Shown here: positions 23,091-34,790 of the stretch, in pieces
Layout: each line of letters opens with the position of its first letter
Position numbering within the stretch: the first letter of the stretch is position 1
Source: an uncultured Chloroflexia bacterium
Lineage (GTDB): Bacteria; Chloroflexota; Anaerolineae; Anaerolineales; UBA4823
Assembly (NCBI GenBank): GCA_963726375.1
Contig: CAVSCE010000010.1
Span: 30,351 to 94,350 of the forward strand
Length of the DNA stretch: 64,000 nt
Direction of reading: 5' to 3'
Translations under genes and position numbers: made by a program
The notes under the pieces: model-generated
What the model saw: the letters and a program-made list of their open reading frames with translations, nothing else
What the model was told of the DNA's origin: nothing
Databases searched by the model: none

Positions 23091-24549
23091 TCAGCCCTCA
23101 ATCCCGGCGATCCGCTCGGCCATCCGCTTCCTTTTCCTCCAGTCCGGCCATCCGCCCCAGCTGGATCCGCTGCGCCATCGGCGAGCCCGCCCCGTGCAGC
23201 GATTCCACCAGGTAGCCCGCCGCGCCCGCCCCGATCGTCAGGTTTTCGATCAGCCGCAGCATCCGCTGGCGGTATTCCGTCGGGACTTCCTGCCTGCCGG
23301 CCAGGTAGCGGGTCAGCAGCGCTCCCGTTTCAGGGCTTTCAAAGTCAAGCTCGCTCGGCATCGTCGCCAGCAGCCCGCCGGCGATGTCCTGCGCCAGCCG
23401 GGCGATCTCGTACGGGCAGCGGGTCACGTTCAGCTTGCAGACGTTCGCCAGCCGCAGGTCGACCAGGTACGTCCCTGAATCCGTTCGCTGCCCCTCGCTC
23501 GAAGCCGCGATCCCGCAGGCGTACATCGTCTCGTTCAGGTGCACCATCTCGATCAGCTTGTCCCTGACATGCGAAGCCTGGGCGGTCCCCTGGCACCTTG
23601 CGATCGCCGATGCCGCCCCGATCAGCACGTCCCCCACCCCCACCTTGCAGCCGCCGTAGCTCGAGCGGTGGTAGCCGGCGAAGGTCTCCACCAGCTCCCC
23701 GGCAAACGCCGTCTCGCCGTGCATGAAGACCCGCTCCCACGGCACGAATACGTCCTGGAAGATCACCGCCGCTTCGTGTCCGCCGTAGCTCCAGTTGCCG
23801 ACGTCGATCCGTCCCTCTTCCAGCTTCCGCGTGTCGCTCGGCTGGCGGCCGAGCACGTACAGCGATCCCCTCGGCGTCCGCCGGCACGGCGCAGCAACCG
23901 CGTATTCCTGCTCCGATTCCTTCAAGGACGCGGGTCGGCATGATCAGCAGCTCGTGCGAGCCGATCGCGCCCGTCTGGTGCAGCTTTGCCCCGCGGATCC
24001 GGATCCCGTCCCGCTCCTCGGCCGAGACGTGCAGGTACAGGTCCGGGTCCGTCTGCTCGGAGGGCGAGCCGCGCGGTCTCCCTTCGGGTCGGTCATCGCC
24101 CCGCCCACCATCAGGTCCTGCTCCTGGATCATTCTTAGATAGGCCCTGAACCTGGGGTGGTAGCCGGTGCCGAGCCTCGCATCCATCTTGTGGGTCAGGA
24201 TATCGACCGCGTTGAACGCGTCCATCCCGACGCAGCGCTGGAAGCAGCAGGCGGTCCGCTGGCCGAGCAGCCGCTGCATCTTGATCTTCTTCACCAGGTC
24301 GTCCGCTGCTCTGGTGCAGGTGGGTGAAGCGGTTGACCGGCTCGCCCGTCAGGCTGGATTGGGCGCAGGTCAGCTCCGCATAACGCGGGTCGCGGCCGAT
24401 CGCGTATGTCTCGGCGGCCGCGTTGAGCGACGGGCGCAGCATCGGGTGGTCGGCGTACGCCTCCATCCGCTCCCCAAACCAGATAGACCCGCTTCTCCAT
24501 GCCTCCGCAGGCTGTCCAGGTATTCATCCTTCGTCTTAAGCGCCATCAT
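23091..24549 (-). CDS. abfD: 4-hydroxybutyryl-CoA dehydratase (HpaB/AbfD family; several frameshifts)
   Basis: CFQRCVGMD and YHRSSYGGCKVG Fe-S/His motifs, GAMTDPKGDR, GAKLHQTG, ESLHGAGSPMAQ. Confidence 0.85.
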
Positions 24550-24807
24550 GACCGTCCTTTCCGCTGGGACCTTCCCCTGCGGATATTATCGAGCAAATTC
24601 GAATGGATTTCAAGCCTTAAAATCCCGCTCCGACCGTTCAATCCTGATGAATCCCCGCTGAGGTCCACCGCCGCCGCCCATTTCAATCCCGGTCGTGCTG
24701 TTTTCCAGCCGCCAGCTTAGAACTGCCATGTGTCGATGGAGTAAAATCGAGAGATCGGGAGGGAGCGGCGATCGCGCTCTCCCGCAGGAGAAGAGTGTGG
24801 AGACAAG

Positions 24808-25282
24808 ATGAAGAAGATTGCATTGGTTTCAATATGGATATTTGTCATGCTCTTTTCGGCTGTGCCTGTCTCGGCGCAGGAGCCAGAACCTTTACCAGAA
24901 ATGAAGACACTCTATTTGCCGACCGTGATACCGCCCATGTGAAACAATAACGGCCGGAGCAGCAAACTGTATGTCTCAGTATTGTCAGGGAAACTCTTAT
25001 GCTGGCATAACAGTTTCTCCGCCAGGAATAAGTTTTTCTGTAAGCGAGCAGGTCTATTATCTGGGGGAAGAAATGCCGTCGCGTAGCAGCGGTGCGTATT
25101 CGAGCGCTGAAGGATGGGGCGGGATTTATTTCGATGTCCCATGGCCGCCAATTGCAGGGAGCGAAGTACGGGTGGCGATAACCTTCGAGAATGGCTGCGC
25201 GGCCGAGTACACAACCCAATATGTGTGTCGAATTCCTCCCCCGCCATGGGAAGACCAAGGCTGTGATCCATTAGGGGAGTGA
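24808..25282 (+). CDS. Small secreted Cys-framework protein, paralog 1 of 4 (frameshift near 24935)
   Basis: MKKIALVSIWIFVMLFSAVPVSA-QEPEPLPEMKTLYLPTVI, continuing into ORF 24971..25282 (SQYCQG...GSEVRVAITFENGC). Confidence 0.7.
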
Positions 25283-25283
25283 C

Positions 25284-25767
25284 ATGAAGAATTTTGCAGT
25301 TGCAATTATATTGATTTTTACTTTGCTCGATGTCTTCTATACCTGTCTCGGCGCAGGAGCCAGAACCTTTGCCGTCCATGAAGACGCTCTATCTTCCGGC
25401 AATTAGCCATCAGTGCGAGATCATTACTCTCGTAAGTGCCGGCCCTCGAACTTCTCAGTACGGCCAGGGGAACTCGTTTGCGTACATGACTATGGAGCCC
25501 ACATAACAGGGAGGATGGACCAAGGGTCGTAAGCGATCAGGCTTTTTATCGCGGCGAAGCAGTGCCGCACATGTCTGCTCAACTGGTCAACTATTTGGCA
25601 ATGGCGAAAATACAATGTATATGGAGGTTCCTCGCCCGCGCCTCGAAGGGAGCGATGTCGAAATCATCCTCGAGTTCGACAATGGCTGCAGTGTTGACTT
25701 GCACAAAGGGTATCACTGCATCGATCTGCCCTATCCTTTTGATATCTTTGAGTGCGATCAGCCGTGA
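25284..25767 (+). CDS. Small secreted Cys-framework protein, paralog 2 of 4 (frameshifted, possibly a pseudogene)
   Basis: MKNFAVAIILIF...QEPEPLPSMKTLYLPAISHQC...FYRGE...GSDVEIILEFDNGC...ECDQP, assembled across frames. Confidence 0.6.
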
Positions 25768-25780
25768 TCGACCCGTAGAG

Positions 25781-25827
25781 AATTGAAAAGAGGCCGGAGA
25801 AATCCGGCCTTTTCTTTTTGTTATAAT
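25781..25827 (+). promoter_or_regulatory. Repeated spacer: intrinsic terminator fused to an extended -10 promoter
   Basis: AAAAGAGGCCGGA-GAAA-TCCGGCCTTTTCTTTT then TGTTATAAT; near-identical copy at about 26313-26359. Confidence 0.7.
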
Positions 25828-25851
25828 CAATCTAAGAATTTAGGCGGCGAC

Positions 25852-26295
25852 ATGAAGAATTCCGCAGTTGCAATCATCTTGATTTTTGCTTTGCTCGTGT
25901 CTGCTGTGCCAGCCCCGGCCCAGGAACCGTTCCCCCTGCCAGAGAACAACTTGCTTTTCTTTCCTGCCGTGATCCGCCCTTGCGAGACCTTCTGGATAGA
26001 AGTCGCCGGCAACTGCACGCACCAGTATTGTATGGGATCTAGTGATATCTTTTTTCATGTAGATCCTCCTGGAGCGGCCAGAATTATCGACACGCAGGTT
26101 TTCTACCTTGGCGAAGTTTTCCCTGCTGTACTGGATCCGTATTATTATTACTGGGGCACATATACTATATTTTTCTCGCCTATGACTGTCGTTGTCGGGA
26201 GCGAAATCCAGGTTGTGCTGTTCTTTGAGAACGGGTGCAAGGCTGATGCTACCACTGTATATACGCACAGTGACTTTTGCAAATGGTGCCCGTAA
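25852..26295 (+). CDS. Small secreted Cys-framework protein, paralog 3 of 4
   Basis: Intact ORF MKNSAVAIILIFALLVSAVPAPA-QEPFPLP...LFFPAVIRPC...NCTHQYC...GSEIQVVLFFENGC. Confidence 0.8.
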   Translation: MKNSAVAIILIFALLVSAVPAPAQEPFPLPENNLLFFPAVIRPCETFWIEVAGNCTHQYCMGSSDIFFHVDPPGAARIIDTQVFYLGEVFPAVLDPYYYYWGTYTIFFSPMTVVVGSEIQVVLFFENGCKADATTVYTHSDFCKWCP

Positions 26296-26312
26296 TGAAT
26301 TGGAAAAAAATG

Positions 26313-26359
26313 AATTGAAAAGAGGCCGGAGAAATCCGGCCTCTTCTTTTTGTTATAAT
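26313..26359 (+). promoter_or_regulatory. Second copy of the terminator plus extended -10 spacer
   Basis: AATTGAAAAGAGGCCGGAGAAATCCGGCCTCTTCTTTTTGTTATAAT. Confidence 0.7.
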
Positions 26360-26377
26360 AATTATTGCAGGAGTGAC

Positions 26378-26848
26378 ATGAAGAATTTCAGCTTTGTAAT
26401 CATCTTGATTTTTGCTTTGCTCGTGTCTGCTGTGCCTGCCCAGGCGCAGGAGCCAGCTCCGTTACCAGAGATCACTTCGCTTTATTTTCCGGTAGTAAAC
26501 CGTCCATGCAGCGAGACTTTCGATATTGGCTTTGCCGGGGACTGCCCGTACCGCCAATATTGCAAAGCGGCTTCTGTTGCTACCGGGGTGTTGCCGCTGC
26601 CAGACGGTGTTCATGTCGTAGCGGACAAGATCTATTACCGTGGAGAAGAAGTGCAGCTCCATAGACTCGAACTGGATCCTGGCCCTGACGACTATTATTG
26701 GGAGTGGTTCCAGCTTCCATTATCGGCATCGCCGGTCATCTACGGAAGCGAGGTGATAGTTGCGTTGAGCCTTGATAACGGATGCAATCTAAAGGCAACA
26801 TCAGAATATTTACCCAGCCCCAACCCTTGGAGCACTTGTACCTTATGA
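26378..26848 (+). CDS. Small secreted Cys-framework protein, paralog 4 of 4
   Basis: Intact ORF MKNFSFVIILIFALLVSAVPAQA-QEPAPLP...LYFPVVNRPC...DCPYRQYC...GSEVIVALSLDNGC. Confidence 0.8.
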   Translation: MKNFSFVIILIFALLVSAVPAQAQEPAPLPEITSLYFPVVNRPCSETFDIGFAGDCPYRQYCKAASVATGVLPLPDGVHVVADKIYYRGEEVQLHRLELDPGPDDYYWEWFQLPLSASPVIYGSEVIVALSLDNGCNLKATSEYLPSPNPWSTCTL

Positions 26849-27024
26849 GCGATGAGTACACCTGCGAAGAGACAGTCAGCCAGCCCTACAACAACTGCAA
26901 ATTCAGCGCAGGGTTCGTGCAGGGGCATCCGGTTGATACGCTGTTCCTTCGCCTGGATCGCCTGAAGCAGGAAATATCTTCATCCTCTTCGTGTTCTTCG
27001 CGCCCTTGGCGGTTCAATCTTTAA
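26845..27024 (+). CDS. Short hypothetical protein, possibly truncated
   Basis: ATGA overlap with the paralog 4 stop; MSDEYTCEETV...HPVDTLFLRL; 3' end runs into a 9-mer repeat. Confidence 0.3.
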   Translation: MSDEYTCEETVSQPYNNCKFSAGFVQGHPVDTLFLRLDRLKQEISSSSSCSSRPWRFNL

Positions 27025-27139
27025 ATCCAAGCCGTAATCCCAGGCCGTCGTCCCCACACCAGCTTCAATCATTCAATTCCCACCTCAAAAAGCATCACAT
27101 TGTGGTAAATTATCCCCAAACAAAATGGGAGGTGGAAAC

Positions 27140-28126
27140 ATGGCAAAGCCCTGCATTCTGGTCGGAGACGTCGGCGGCACCAAGACCGAGCTGGCGCTGT
27201 TCCCGGCCGGCGAAGCCCCCGGGAAGCCGCACCGAAAAATCTCATACCCGAGCCAGGATTACGGCTCGCTTGAAGCGGTCCTGGAAGAATACCTGGCCGG
27301 CCAGGACAGCCCGGTCGAGCGCGCCTGCTTCGACGTCGCCGGCCCGGTCGTGGAAGGGCGCTCCCACATCACCAACCTGCCCTGGAAGCTCGACTCCCGC
27401 CAGCTCGCAGCGAAGCTGGCCGCCCCGGTCGTCCTGATCAACGACATGGACGCCCTCGCCCAGGCCGTCGCCCACATCGGCCCGGGCGACCTGGAAGTCC
27501 TGCTGCCCGGTTCGCCCGTCGCCGGCGGAGCGCGCGCGGTGATCGCCCCCGGCACCGGCCTGGGCGAAGGCTTCCTGGTTTGGGCGGACGGCCGCTACCT
27601 TCCTTACGGCTCAGAAGGCGGTCACACCGATTTTGCCCCGCACGGCCAGCTCCAGATCGACCTGCTGCTCTACCTCCACGCCCGCTTCGGCCACGTCAGC
27701 TACGAGCGCGTCTGCGCCGGGATCGGCATCCCGAACCTGTACGACTTCCTGAAGGACACCGGGCGCTATCCCGAGCCGGAATGGCTGGCCGAAGCGCTGA
27801 GCCAGGCCCCCGACCGCACCCCGCTGATCGCCCATGCCGCGCTGGAAGGGCGGGCAGGGATCTGCGAGGCGACCCTCGACCTGTTCACCGCGATCCTCGG
27901 CTCGGAAGCCGGCAACCTGGCCCTCAAAGTCCTCGCGGTCGGCGGGGTCTACCTGGCGGGCGGCATCCCGCGCCGGATCCTGCCCTGGCTCCGCAACCCG
28001 CAGTTCCGCCAGTTCTTCACCGACAAAGGCCGCTTCACCGAGATCCTCGAGCGCATCCCGGTCAGCGTCGTGATGAACCCGGACGCAGCCCTGCTCGGCG
28101 CCGCCTGGAGGGCGCTTGAAAGCTGA
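27140..28126 (+). CDS. glk: Glucokinase
   Basis: GDVGGTKT, VAGPV, ITNLPW, LINDM, APGTGLGE, SEGGH, SYERV, GGVYLAGGI. Confidence 0.93.
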   Translation: MAKPCILVGDVGGTKTELALFPAGEAPGKPHRKISYPSQDYGSLEAVLEEYLAGQDSPVERACFDVAGPVVEGRSHITNLPWKLDSRQLAAKLAAPVVLINDMDALAQAVAHIGPGDLEVLLPGSPVAGGARAVIAPGTGLGEGFLVWADGRYLPYGSEGGHTDFAPHGQLQIDLLLYLHARFGHVSYERVCAGIGIPNLYDFLKDTGRYPEPEWLAEALSQAPDRTPLIAHAALEGRAGICEATLDLFTAILGSEAGNLALKVLAVGGVYLAGGIPRRILPWLRNPQFRQFFTDKGRFTEILERIPVSVVMNPDAALLGAAWRALES

Positions 28127-31100
28127 ACTCCCCACAGGCACCATCACCTTCCTTTTCACCGACATCGAGGGCAGCACCAGGCTTTGGCAGCAGCACCCCG
28201 ACGCGATGCCGAACGCGCTCGCGTGCCATCATGCGATCTTGAACGAATCGATTACCGCACACGGTGGCTATGTCTTTCAAATCATCGGCGACGCGTTCTG
28301 CGCGGCATTCTCGACGGCAACCGATGGGCTCGAAGCCGCGCTTGCCGCGCAACGCGCGCTTCGCGATGCAACCTGGGGCGAAACAGGCGCGATTCGTGTG
28401 CGGATGGCACTGCACACCGGGACGGCGGATGTGCGCCTCGGCGAACACACCTCCGGTGAATATGTTTCAGGTTTGACGTTGAGCCGGGTGGCGCGATTGC
28501 TCTCTGCCGGGCACGGCGGGCAAATCTTGCTTTCGCTTCCGACGGCCGAGCTCGTGCGCGATCAATTGCACCCTGAAACCGTTCTCCGCGATCTGGGCGC
28601 ACATCGGCTCAAAGATTTGGTCCGCCCGGAACATATTTTTCAAGCCGTCGTCCCCGATTTGCCCGCTGAATTCCTGCCGCTGAAAACCCTCGACACGCAT
28701 CCCAACAATCTGCCGATTCAACTCACAAGTTTCATCGGCCGCGAGCAGGAGATGGCGCGTGTCAAGGAAATTCTGAACGGGACCCGGCTCGTTACGCTCA
28801 CCGGTGCAGGCGGGGCGGGCAAGACGCGCCTCGCGATCCAGGTTGCGGCTGACCTTATCGATGAATTTCCCGATGGCGTGTGGTTCGTCGAATTTGCGCC
28901 GCTTTCCGACCCCACGCTTGTTCCGCATATCGTCGCCGCAGCGCTGGGTCTGCAGCTGCAATCCGGACGTACAATCCAGATTAGCATTGACCGAATACTT
29001 GGAGCGGAAAAATTGTCTGCTCCTGTTCGACAACTGCGAGCACTTGATTGACGCCTGTGCGAGACTCGCCGATGCGCTTTTGCGCGGCTGTCCCAATCTG
29101 AAAATATTGGCGACGAGCCGCGAAGTGTTCGGCATCGCGGGCGAAGATATCTACCATGTGCCGTCGCTGGCAATCCCATCCCTGGAGACGCCGAATGTCC
29201 AAGCGCTGACGCAGTACGAGGCAGTGCGCTTATTCATCGACCGAGCCGTGACGATCCAACCTGATTTTGCGGTCACGAATCAAAACGCGCCTGCGGTCGC
29301 GCAGATTTGTTATCATCTGGATGGAATTCCACTCGCGATCGAGCTTGCGGCGGCGCGGGTCAATGTCCTCTCCGTCGAACAAATCTCCGAGCGTCTGGTT
29401 GACTGTTTTCGCTTGCTGACAGGCGGAAGTCGCACCGCGCTGCCGCGCCACCAGACGCTGCGTGCCCTCATCGATTGGAGCTACAGCTTGCTTTCGCCAG
29501 CCGAACGGATCTTGCTCGAGCGCCTGTCAATATTTGCGGGAGGATGGACGTTGGAAGCCGCGGAAAGCATCTGCGCAGGAGATGGGATCGAAAGTTTTGA
29601 GGTGCTCGATCTGCTTCAAAATCTATTAGCCAAGTCGCTTGTCTTCGTGGGCGAAGGCGTCGATGGGCGGGTTCGCTATCGCTTGCTGGAGACGATTCGG
29701 CAGTATGCGCGTGAAAAACTTGTCAATTCAGGGCAGCTCACAAATTTTCGCAATCGCCATCTCGATTGGTTCTTGGATTTCGTTGAGCAGGCGGATCCGA
29801 AATTGTTTAGCGGTGAGCAGGTGGCCATGTTGAACCGCCTGGATGCAGAGCATGACAATTTTCGTGCCGCGTTGGCGTGGTCGATGGAAACCGAGATAGA
29901 GAAAGGACTGCGGTTAGCTGCAGGTCTGGACCGTTTTTGGACTTTTCGCGGCCATTGGTTCGAACAGCGCGACTGGCTCATGAAATTGCTCGCCCAACCA
30001 GGTGCGAATACCCCAACCAGGACTAGAGCGAAAGCATTGATATTACGTGGGAATATTGAAGCAAGACAGGGTGAATTAGTCGATGCGGAGAAGAGTTACG
30101 CAGAGAGTATGCAGATATACCGACAGCTTGGCGATGAAAATGGTATCGCTGAAGCTTTATGTGAATTAGCGTTTCTCGAAATCCGACAAAGGAAATTTAT
30201 CGCGGGCGGGTGAATTATGTCAGGAAAGTCTGGATATTGCTCGAAAAACGGAAAATAAGAACCAGATTTTTGAAACCTTATTAAACGTCTTGCATATGTT
30301 CTGCGCCGTCAAGGTGATCGGACAGGGGCGGATGAATTGCTGAAGGAGAGTCTCGCTCTTTTCCTGCAGATGGTTGATATGGGATCTATCCAGAATTTCT
30401 ATGCCGGTCCTGCATCCTAAAATCTTTATAGCCTCTCGCTGATAATGAGCTTGATCAAGGAAATTTTGAAAGGGCGCGCAAGTATTTTGAAGATGGACTG
30501 GCTTTTTGCCGTAAGACGGGAAGTTCTCATAACATTTCGTGGTTTTTGCGTTACCTGGCAAATCTTTCCAGGCGTGAAGGAGACCTGGATCGCGCCCAGG
30601 CTCTTTACCAGGAGAGCCTGCAAATTGTGCAGGATTTGAAAGACAAACATTGCACGGCGCATACTCTGGATGGCCTGGCGCAAGTTGAGTATGGAAAAGG
30701 CAGCTTCGAACAAGCCGCATCACTCGCCCGTCAAGCCTTGAATTTGGGTGAGCAGGTTGGGAGTAAGCTGCGATACGCCCAAGCACAATCGACTTTGGGG
30801 CTTGCCATGCTGCATGCTGACCCGAGCGGCGCGGAGCAGATCTTGAAATCGAGTCTCACGGTTCAAAACGAACTGCGAAACAAACAGGGCATCGCTGACT
30901 CGCTCGAGGCGCTCGCAAAATTGAATTCGTTCAGCGGAGCGTTCGAACGCGCAGCCAGGATGTTCGCCGCCGCGAGCGTCCTGCGCGAGACGATCTCTTT
31001 TGCACCGACGCCCGCTGAAAGCTCGGAATTTGATCGCGATCTGAGTACTCTGCGAGCGGAACTCGGAGATGAAGCGTTCACCGCTGCATGGGATGAGGGT

Positions 31101-31163
31101 CGCAAAATGCCGTTGGAGCAAGCGGTAAATTTCGCTCTGCGAGGAAACGCTCGTTTGAGATGA
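28116..31163 (+). CDS. Class III nucleotidyl cyclase + STAND/NB-ARC-like ATPase + TPR protein (frameshifted)
   Basis: TFLFTDIEGST, IGDAFCA, VRMALHTG; NLPIQLTSFIGRE, LTGAGGAGKTRL, DNCEHL, GIPLAIELAAAR; TPR-like helical C-terminus. Confidence 0.88.
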
Positions 31164-31361
31164 TCCTGTGCAGGGCTGAACCGCCGCATGCGCTGAACTT
31201 CCTTCGGCTGGAGATGCAATATGCATGCGTTGGAGAAGCGGATCGTGCAGCAGTTGACAGGTATTTACCCTTATAGAAAGCGTCGTCGTAATCGACTGCG
31301 GTCGCATGCCTAACGGATGATCTGGGCTATATAGTCTCCCGCATCACCGCCGCTTCTTACT

Positions 31362-31452
31362 GCCAACAGCTAACCACCAGCAACCAATCACCAGCAACCA
31401 ATCACTAACAACCAATCACCAATTGCCAATCACTAACAACCAACAACCAACT
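31362..31452 (+). repeat. Degenerate heptamer tract, 13 units of RCYAAYH (C/A-rich on +)
   Basis: gccaaca gctaacc accagca accaatc ...; followed by a TATAAT box at about 31467. Confidence 0.85.
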
Positions 31453-31637
31453 ACCCCAAACCGCGCTATAATCAAACATCCATCTTATTTTGAACGAACC
31501 AACCGAATAATTACTGGTTTCTCATTAGGGAAGAGACTTAGGGCAGGAGTTGCGTGTGCTTTGATCGATGCCCGCATGGGCGTCTGTTTTCGTTCATTAT
31601 TCTTCCAAATTTGCGTCTCGCTGCAAGGAGGGAAGCT

Positions 31638-34600
31638 GTGAAGACAAACCTGAATTTCCGCTCGAACGTCGTTTCCTTGATCCTGATCGTTGGCCTGCTG
31701 GCGCCGGTTTCTTTCGCCAGTGCAAACCCAGTCAATGCCCCCCAGGACTCGACCTGCACTGCGCCGCCGCAGGGCATCCTCTCCTGGTGGTCGGGCGACG
31801 GGCACCCCTTCGACCTGGTCGGCGAAAACGACGCGACCCTGACGAACGGCGCGACCTACGCCAGCGGGATGGTCGGGCGCGCCTTCAGCTTCGACGGGGT
31901 GGATGACTATCTCAGCGTCCCCAACAGCGCCAGCCTGCAGGCGATCGGAGACCATTTCTCGATCGAGGCCTGGGTCAGGCCGGAGAGCCTTCCGTCTGGC
32001 GATCCCTATTACGATAAAGGGATCGTCGTTCGTGAAGGCTACGTCCGAGGATTTGCCTTGGCGACCAGAGGCGCGGCGTTCGGGATGTGGATCGGCGGCG
32101 CCAGCGGCACGGGTCTGACCGCAGTCAGCAGCCCGGTGACGACCGACCGCTGGTACCACGTCGTCGGCACCTACGATGGTTCCGATGCCAGGATCTACGT
32201 GGACGGCGAGCTGGAAGGCACCCGGACCGCTCCCTTGATCCATTACGATACTCCGCTCATGATCGGCACGTCCCAAATCAACGAGCGCTTCTTCGACGGC
32301 CAGGTCGACGAAGTCACGATCTACACCCGCACGCTGACTCGCGGAAGAAATTTCGACCCTCTCCGGCGGCTGCACATCCTCCGCTCCAACAGACATGGTG
32401 CTCTACTGGCCCTTCGACGAGGGGACGGGCGCAACCCTCGACGACCTGATGGGCTCCAACGACGGCACGCTCACCAACGGGCCGGTCTGGACGGCGGGCA
32501 AGATCGGCAAGCGCGCTCAGCTTCGACGGTTCGGACGACTAAGTCGCCATCCCGGACGCAGCCTCGGCGCTGCTGAAGAACGACGCCGGCGCGATCTCGG
32601 TCTGGGTCAACCCGTCCTCGATGGGCGGGAATGACGTGATCGTCGGGTTTGGAGACACCGGCACGTCGCTATGGATCGACGATCGGCTTGGGCGATCTGG
32701 AACGTACGTGCGCCCGTGGCATTGTATTGGCGGCTGGGATTGGGATTCCACCACCCCCGTCAGCGCGAACGTCTGGACCCACCTGGCATACACCTGGGAC
32801 AGCACAACCGAATATATCTATAAAAACGGTCAGTTTACCGAAAGCCGCCCCAGGAATTTCAATTACATCCCCGGCCAGGCCCGCATCGGCAATGGCTGGT
32901 GGGGCGACCCCGCCAATGCCTACCCCGGCCTGATCGACGAGCTGAAGGTCTTCGACCGCACGCTGACCGCCGGGGAAGTTGAATCCCTGTTTGAGCTCAG
33001 CTGCCCGGGCAAGTGCAAGCCCTGCTTCCCGCCGCCGGATGAGATGGTCTCCTGGTGGCCTTTCAACGAAGACGAAGGAACTTCCGCTGAAGATATCATA
33101 GGTTCGAACGACGGCGCTCTCCATGGTGCGCTCTGGGCTGCTGGAAAAGCAGGCAACGCCCTCAGCTTTGACGGGACGGATGACTACGTCTCCACGCCCG
33201 ACAGCCCGCTCTGGGACCTGGGCGGCGCCGATTTCACGCTCGAGGCCTGGGTCAATCCTGCCGACACGGCAGGCGTCAACCGCCTGATCTCGGCGGGGGG
33301 TCAGAATGACGGCGCGAACAACCTCTGGTCCTTTGGCTATGGAACCCACGCGGATTGGGGCAGCGGGAACCGGCTTAGCCTGGATTATTACAATGGAAGC
33401 GGGTACACCCACCTCCATTCGGACGAGGTCAAATTGGGCCTCGGCCTCTGGAACCACCTCGCATTCGTGCGTTCCGGCGCATCGCTGAGCTTCTATCTCA
33501 ACGGCTTCCCCGCGGGCAGCCAGGATCTTGGTACCGTCGCCCTCGGCGGCGGCAGCACCGGCGCGATTATCGGAGCCCGCTACCTCGATGGACCTTCATC
33601 CGTGGTCGAATTCGCGAATGGCCTGATCGACGAAGTCGGGCTCTACCAGCGTGCCCTCTCTGCCGCAGAGATCGCCGCGATTTACGCCGCGGACTGCAGC
33701 GGGAAATGCATCCCAGATACCACCTCGCCTGAAGTGGTTTCGATCGTCCGGGCGGATCCAGATCCGACCAACGCCTCGAGCGTCGATTACTCGGTCGCGT
33801 TCACCGAGCCGGTGGCGGGTGTAGACGTGGATGATTTCAACCTGACGGCGACCGCCGGCCCGAACAGCAGCCCCATTTCCAGCGTGATCGATTCGGGCGA
33901 CCACACGGTCTTCACGGTTACGGTCGAGATCGAGCCGGAATTCGCCGCGGTCCGCCTGAATATCGTCGAGCCGGTGACCATTGCCGATCTTTCAGGCAAT
34001 CCGCTCGTAGGGCTGCCGTTTTTCGGGGAGACTTACACGATTGACCGGGTTGCCCCTGGCGTCGTCTCGCTCGTTCAGACTTCTCACAATCCGACAAACG
34101 GCGGCAGCGTCGGGTATACGCTCGAGTTCTCTGAGGTCGTCAAGGGGGTTGATGCGAGTGATTTCGAGCTCACGACAGCCGGGACGATCCTGGGCGCCTC
34201 GTTCGAATATATTGTCGAGCACCCGGACCAGAGCGGGTTCGATTTCATGGTGGACCCCGGGTCCGGCGAAGGGACGATCCGCCTGGACATCCCCCTCGAC
34301 GCCGAGATCACCGACCTTGCCGGCAACCAGCTGTCTGACCTGCCTTTCACTTCTGCCGAAGCGTATGTCGTCGACCGCACCGCCCCCTATGTCGTGTCCA
34401 TCACCCGCCTCGACCCCAGCCCGTCGTTCCAGAGCAGCGTCGATTACCAGGTCGTCTTCTCCGAGGCGGTTGAAAGCCTCACCGAACAGGACTTCTACCT
34501 GACGACGACCGGCACGCTCGGGGCCCTGCCTGTGTTCCCCATCCTCGCGCCGCTTGACCGCACCACCTGGACGGTCACGGTCAGCACCGGCACGGGCAGC

Positions 34601-34742
34601 GGAACGCTCCGCCTGAACGTCCACCAGGACGCCGCGATCCAGGATCTTGCCGGCCACCTGCTGACCGGCCTGCCCTACACCGGCGGTGAGAACGTACGAA
34701 ATCCGCATCGCCTACATCTATCTGCCGGTGATAAAAAAGTAG
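31638..34742 (+). CDS. Secreted protein with 3 LamG-like domains, 3 Ig-like repeats and a C-terminal YLP motif (frameshifted)
   Basis: Signal peptide; repeated FSFDG.DDY, WYHVVGTYDG, GLIDE; three P.VVS...FSE.V...DF.L...I.DLAGN repeats; corrected end YIYLPVIKK. Confidence 0.85.
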
Positions 34743-34790
34743 ATCAGCATATAGCAGTTAGCGTTTAGCTGTTAGCTGTTGGCAATTAGC
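34742..34790 (-). repeat. Heptamer tract, G/T-rich on + (7 units), starting at the stop codon
   Basis: gatcagc atatagc agttagc gtttagc tgttagc tgttggc aattagc. Confidence 0.8.

Noticed and set aside
24808-26848. Diversity-generating retroelement or integron cassette array
   Set aside because: No reverse transcriptase or integrase, no template/variable repeat pair differing only at adenines, and the spacers look like terminator plus promoter rather than attC sites.
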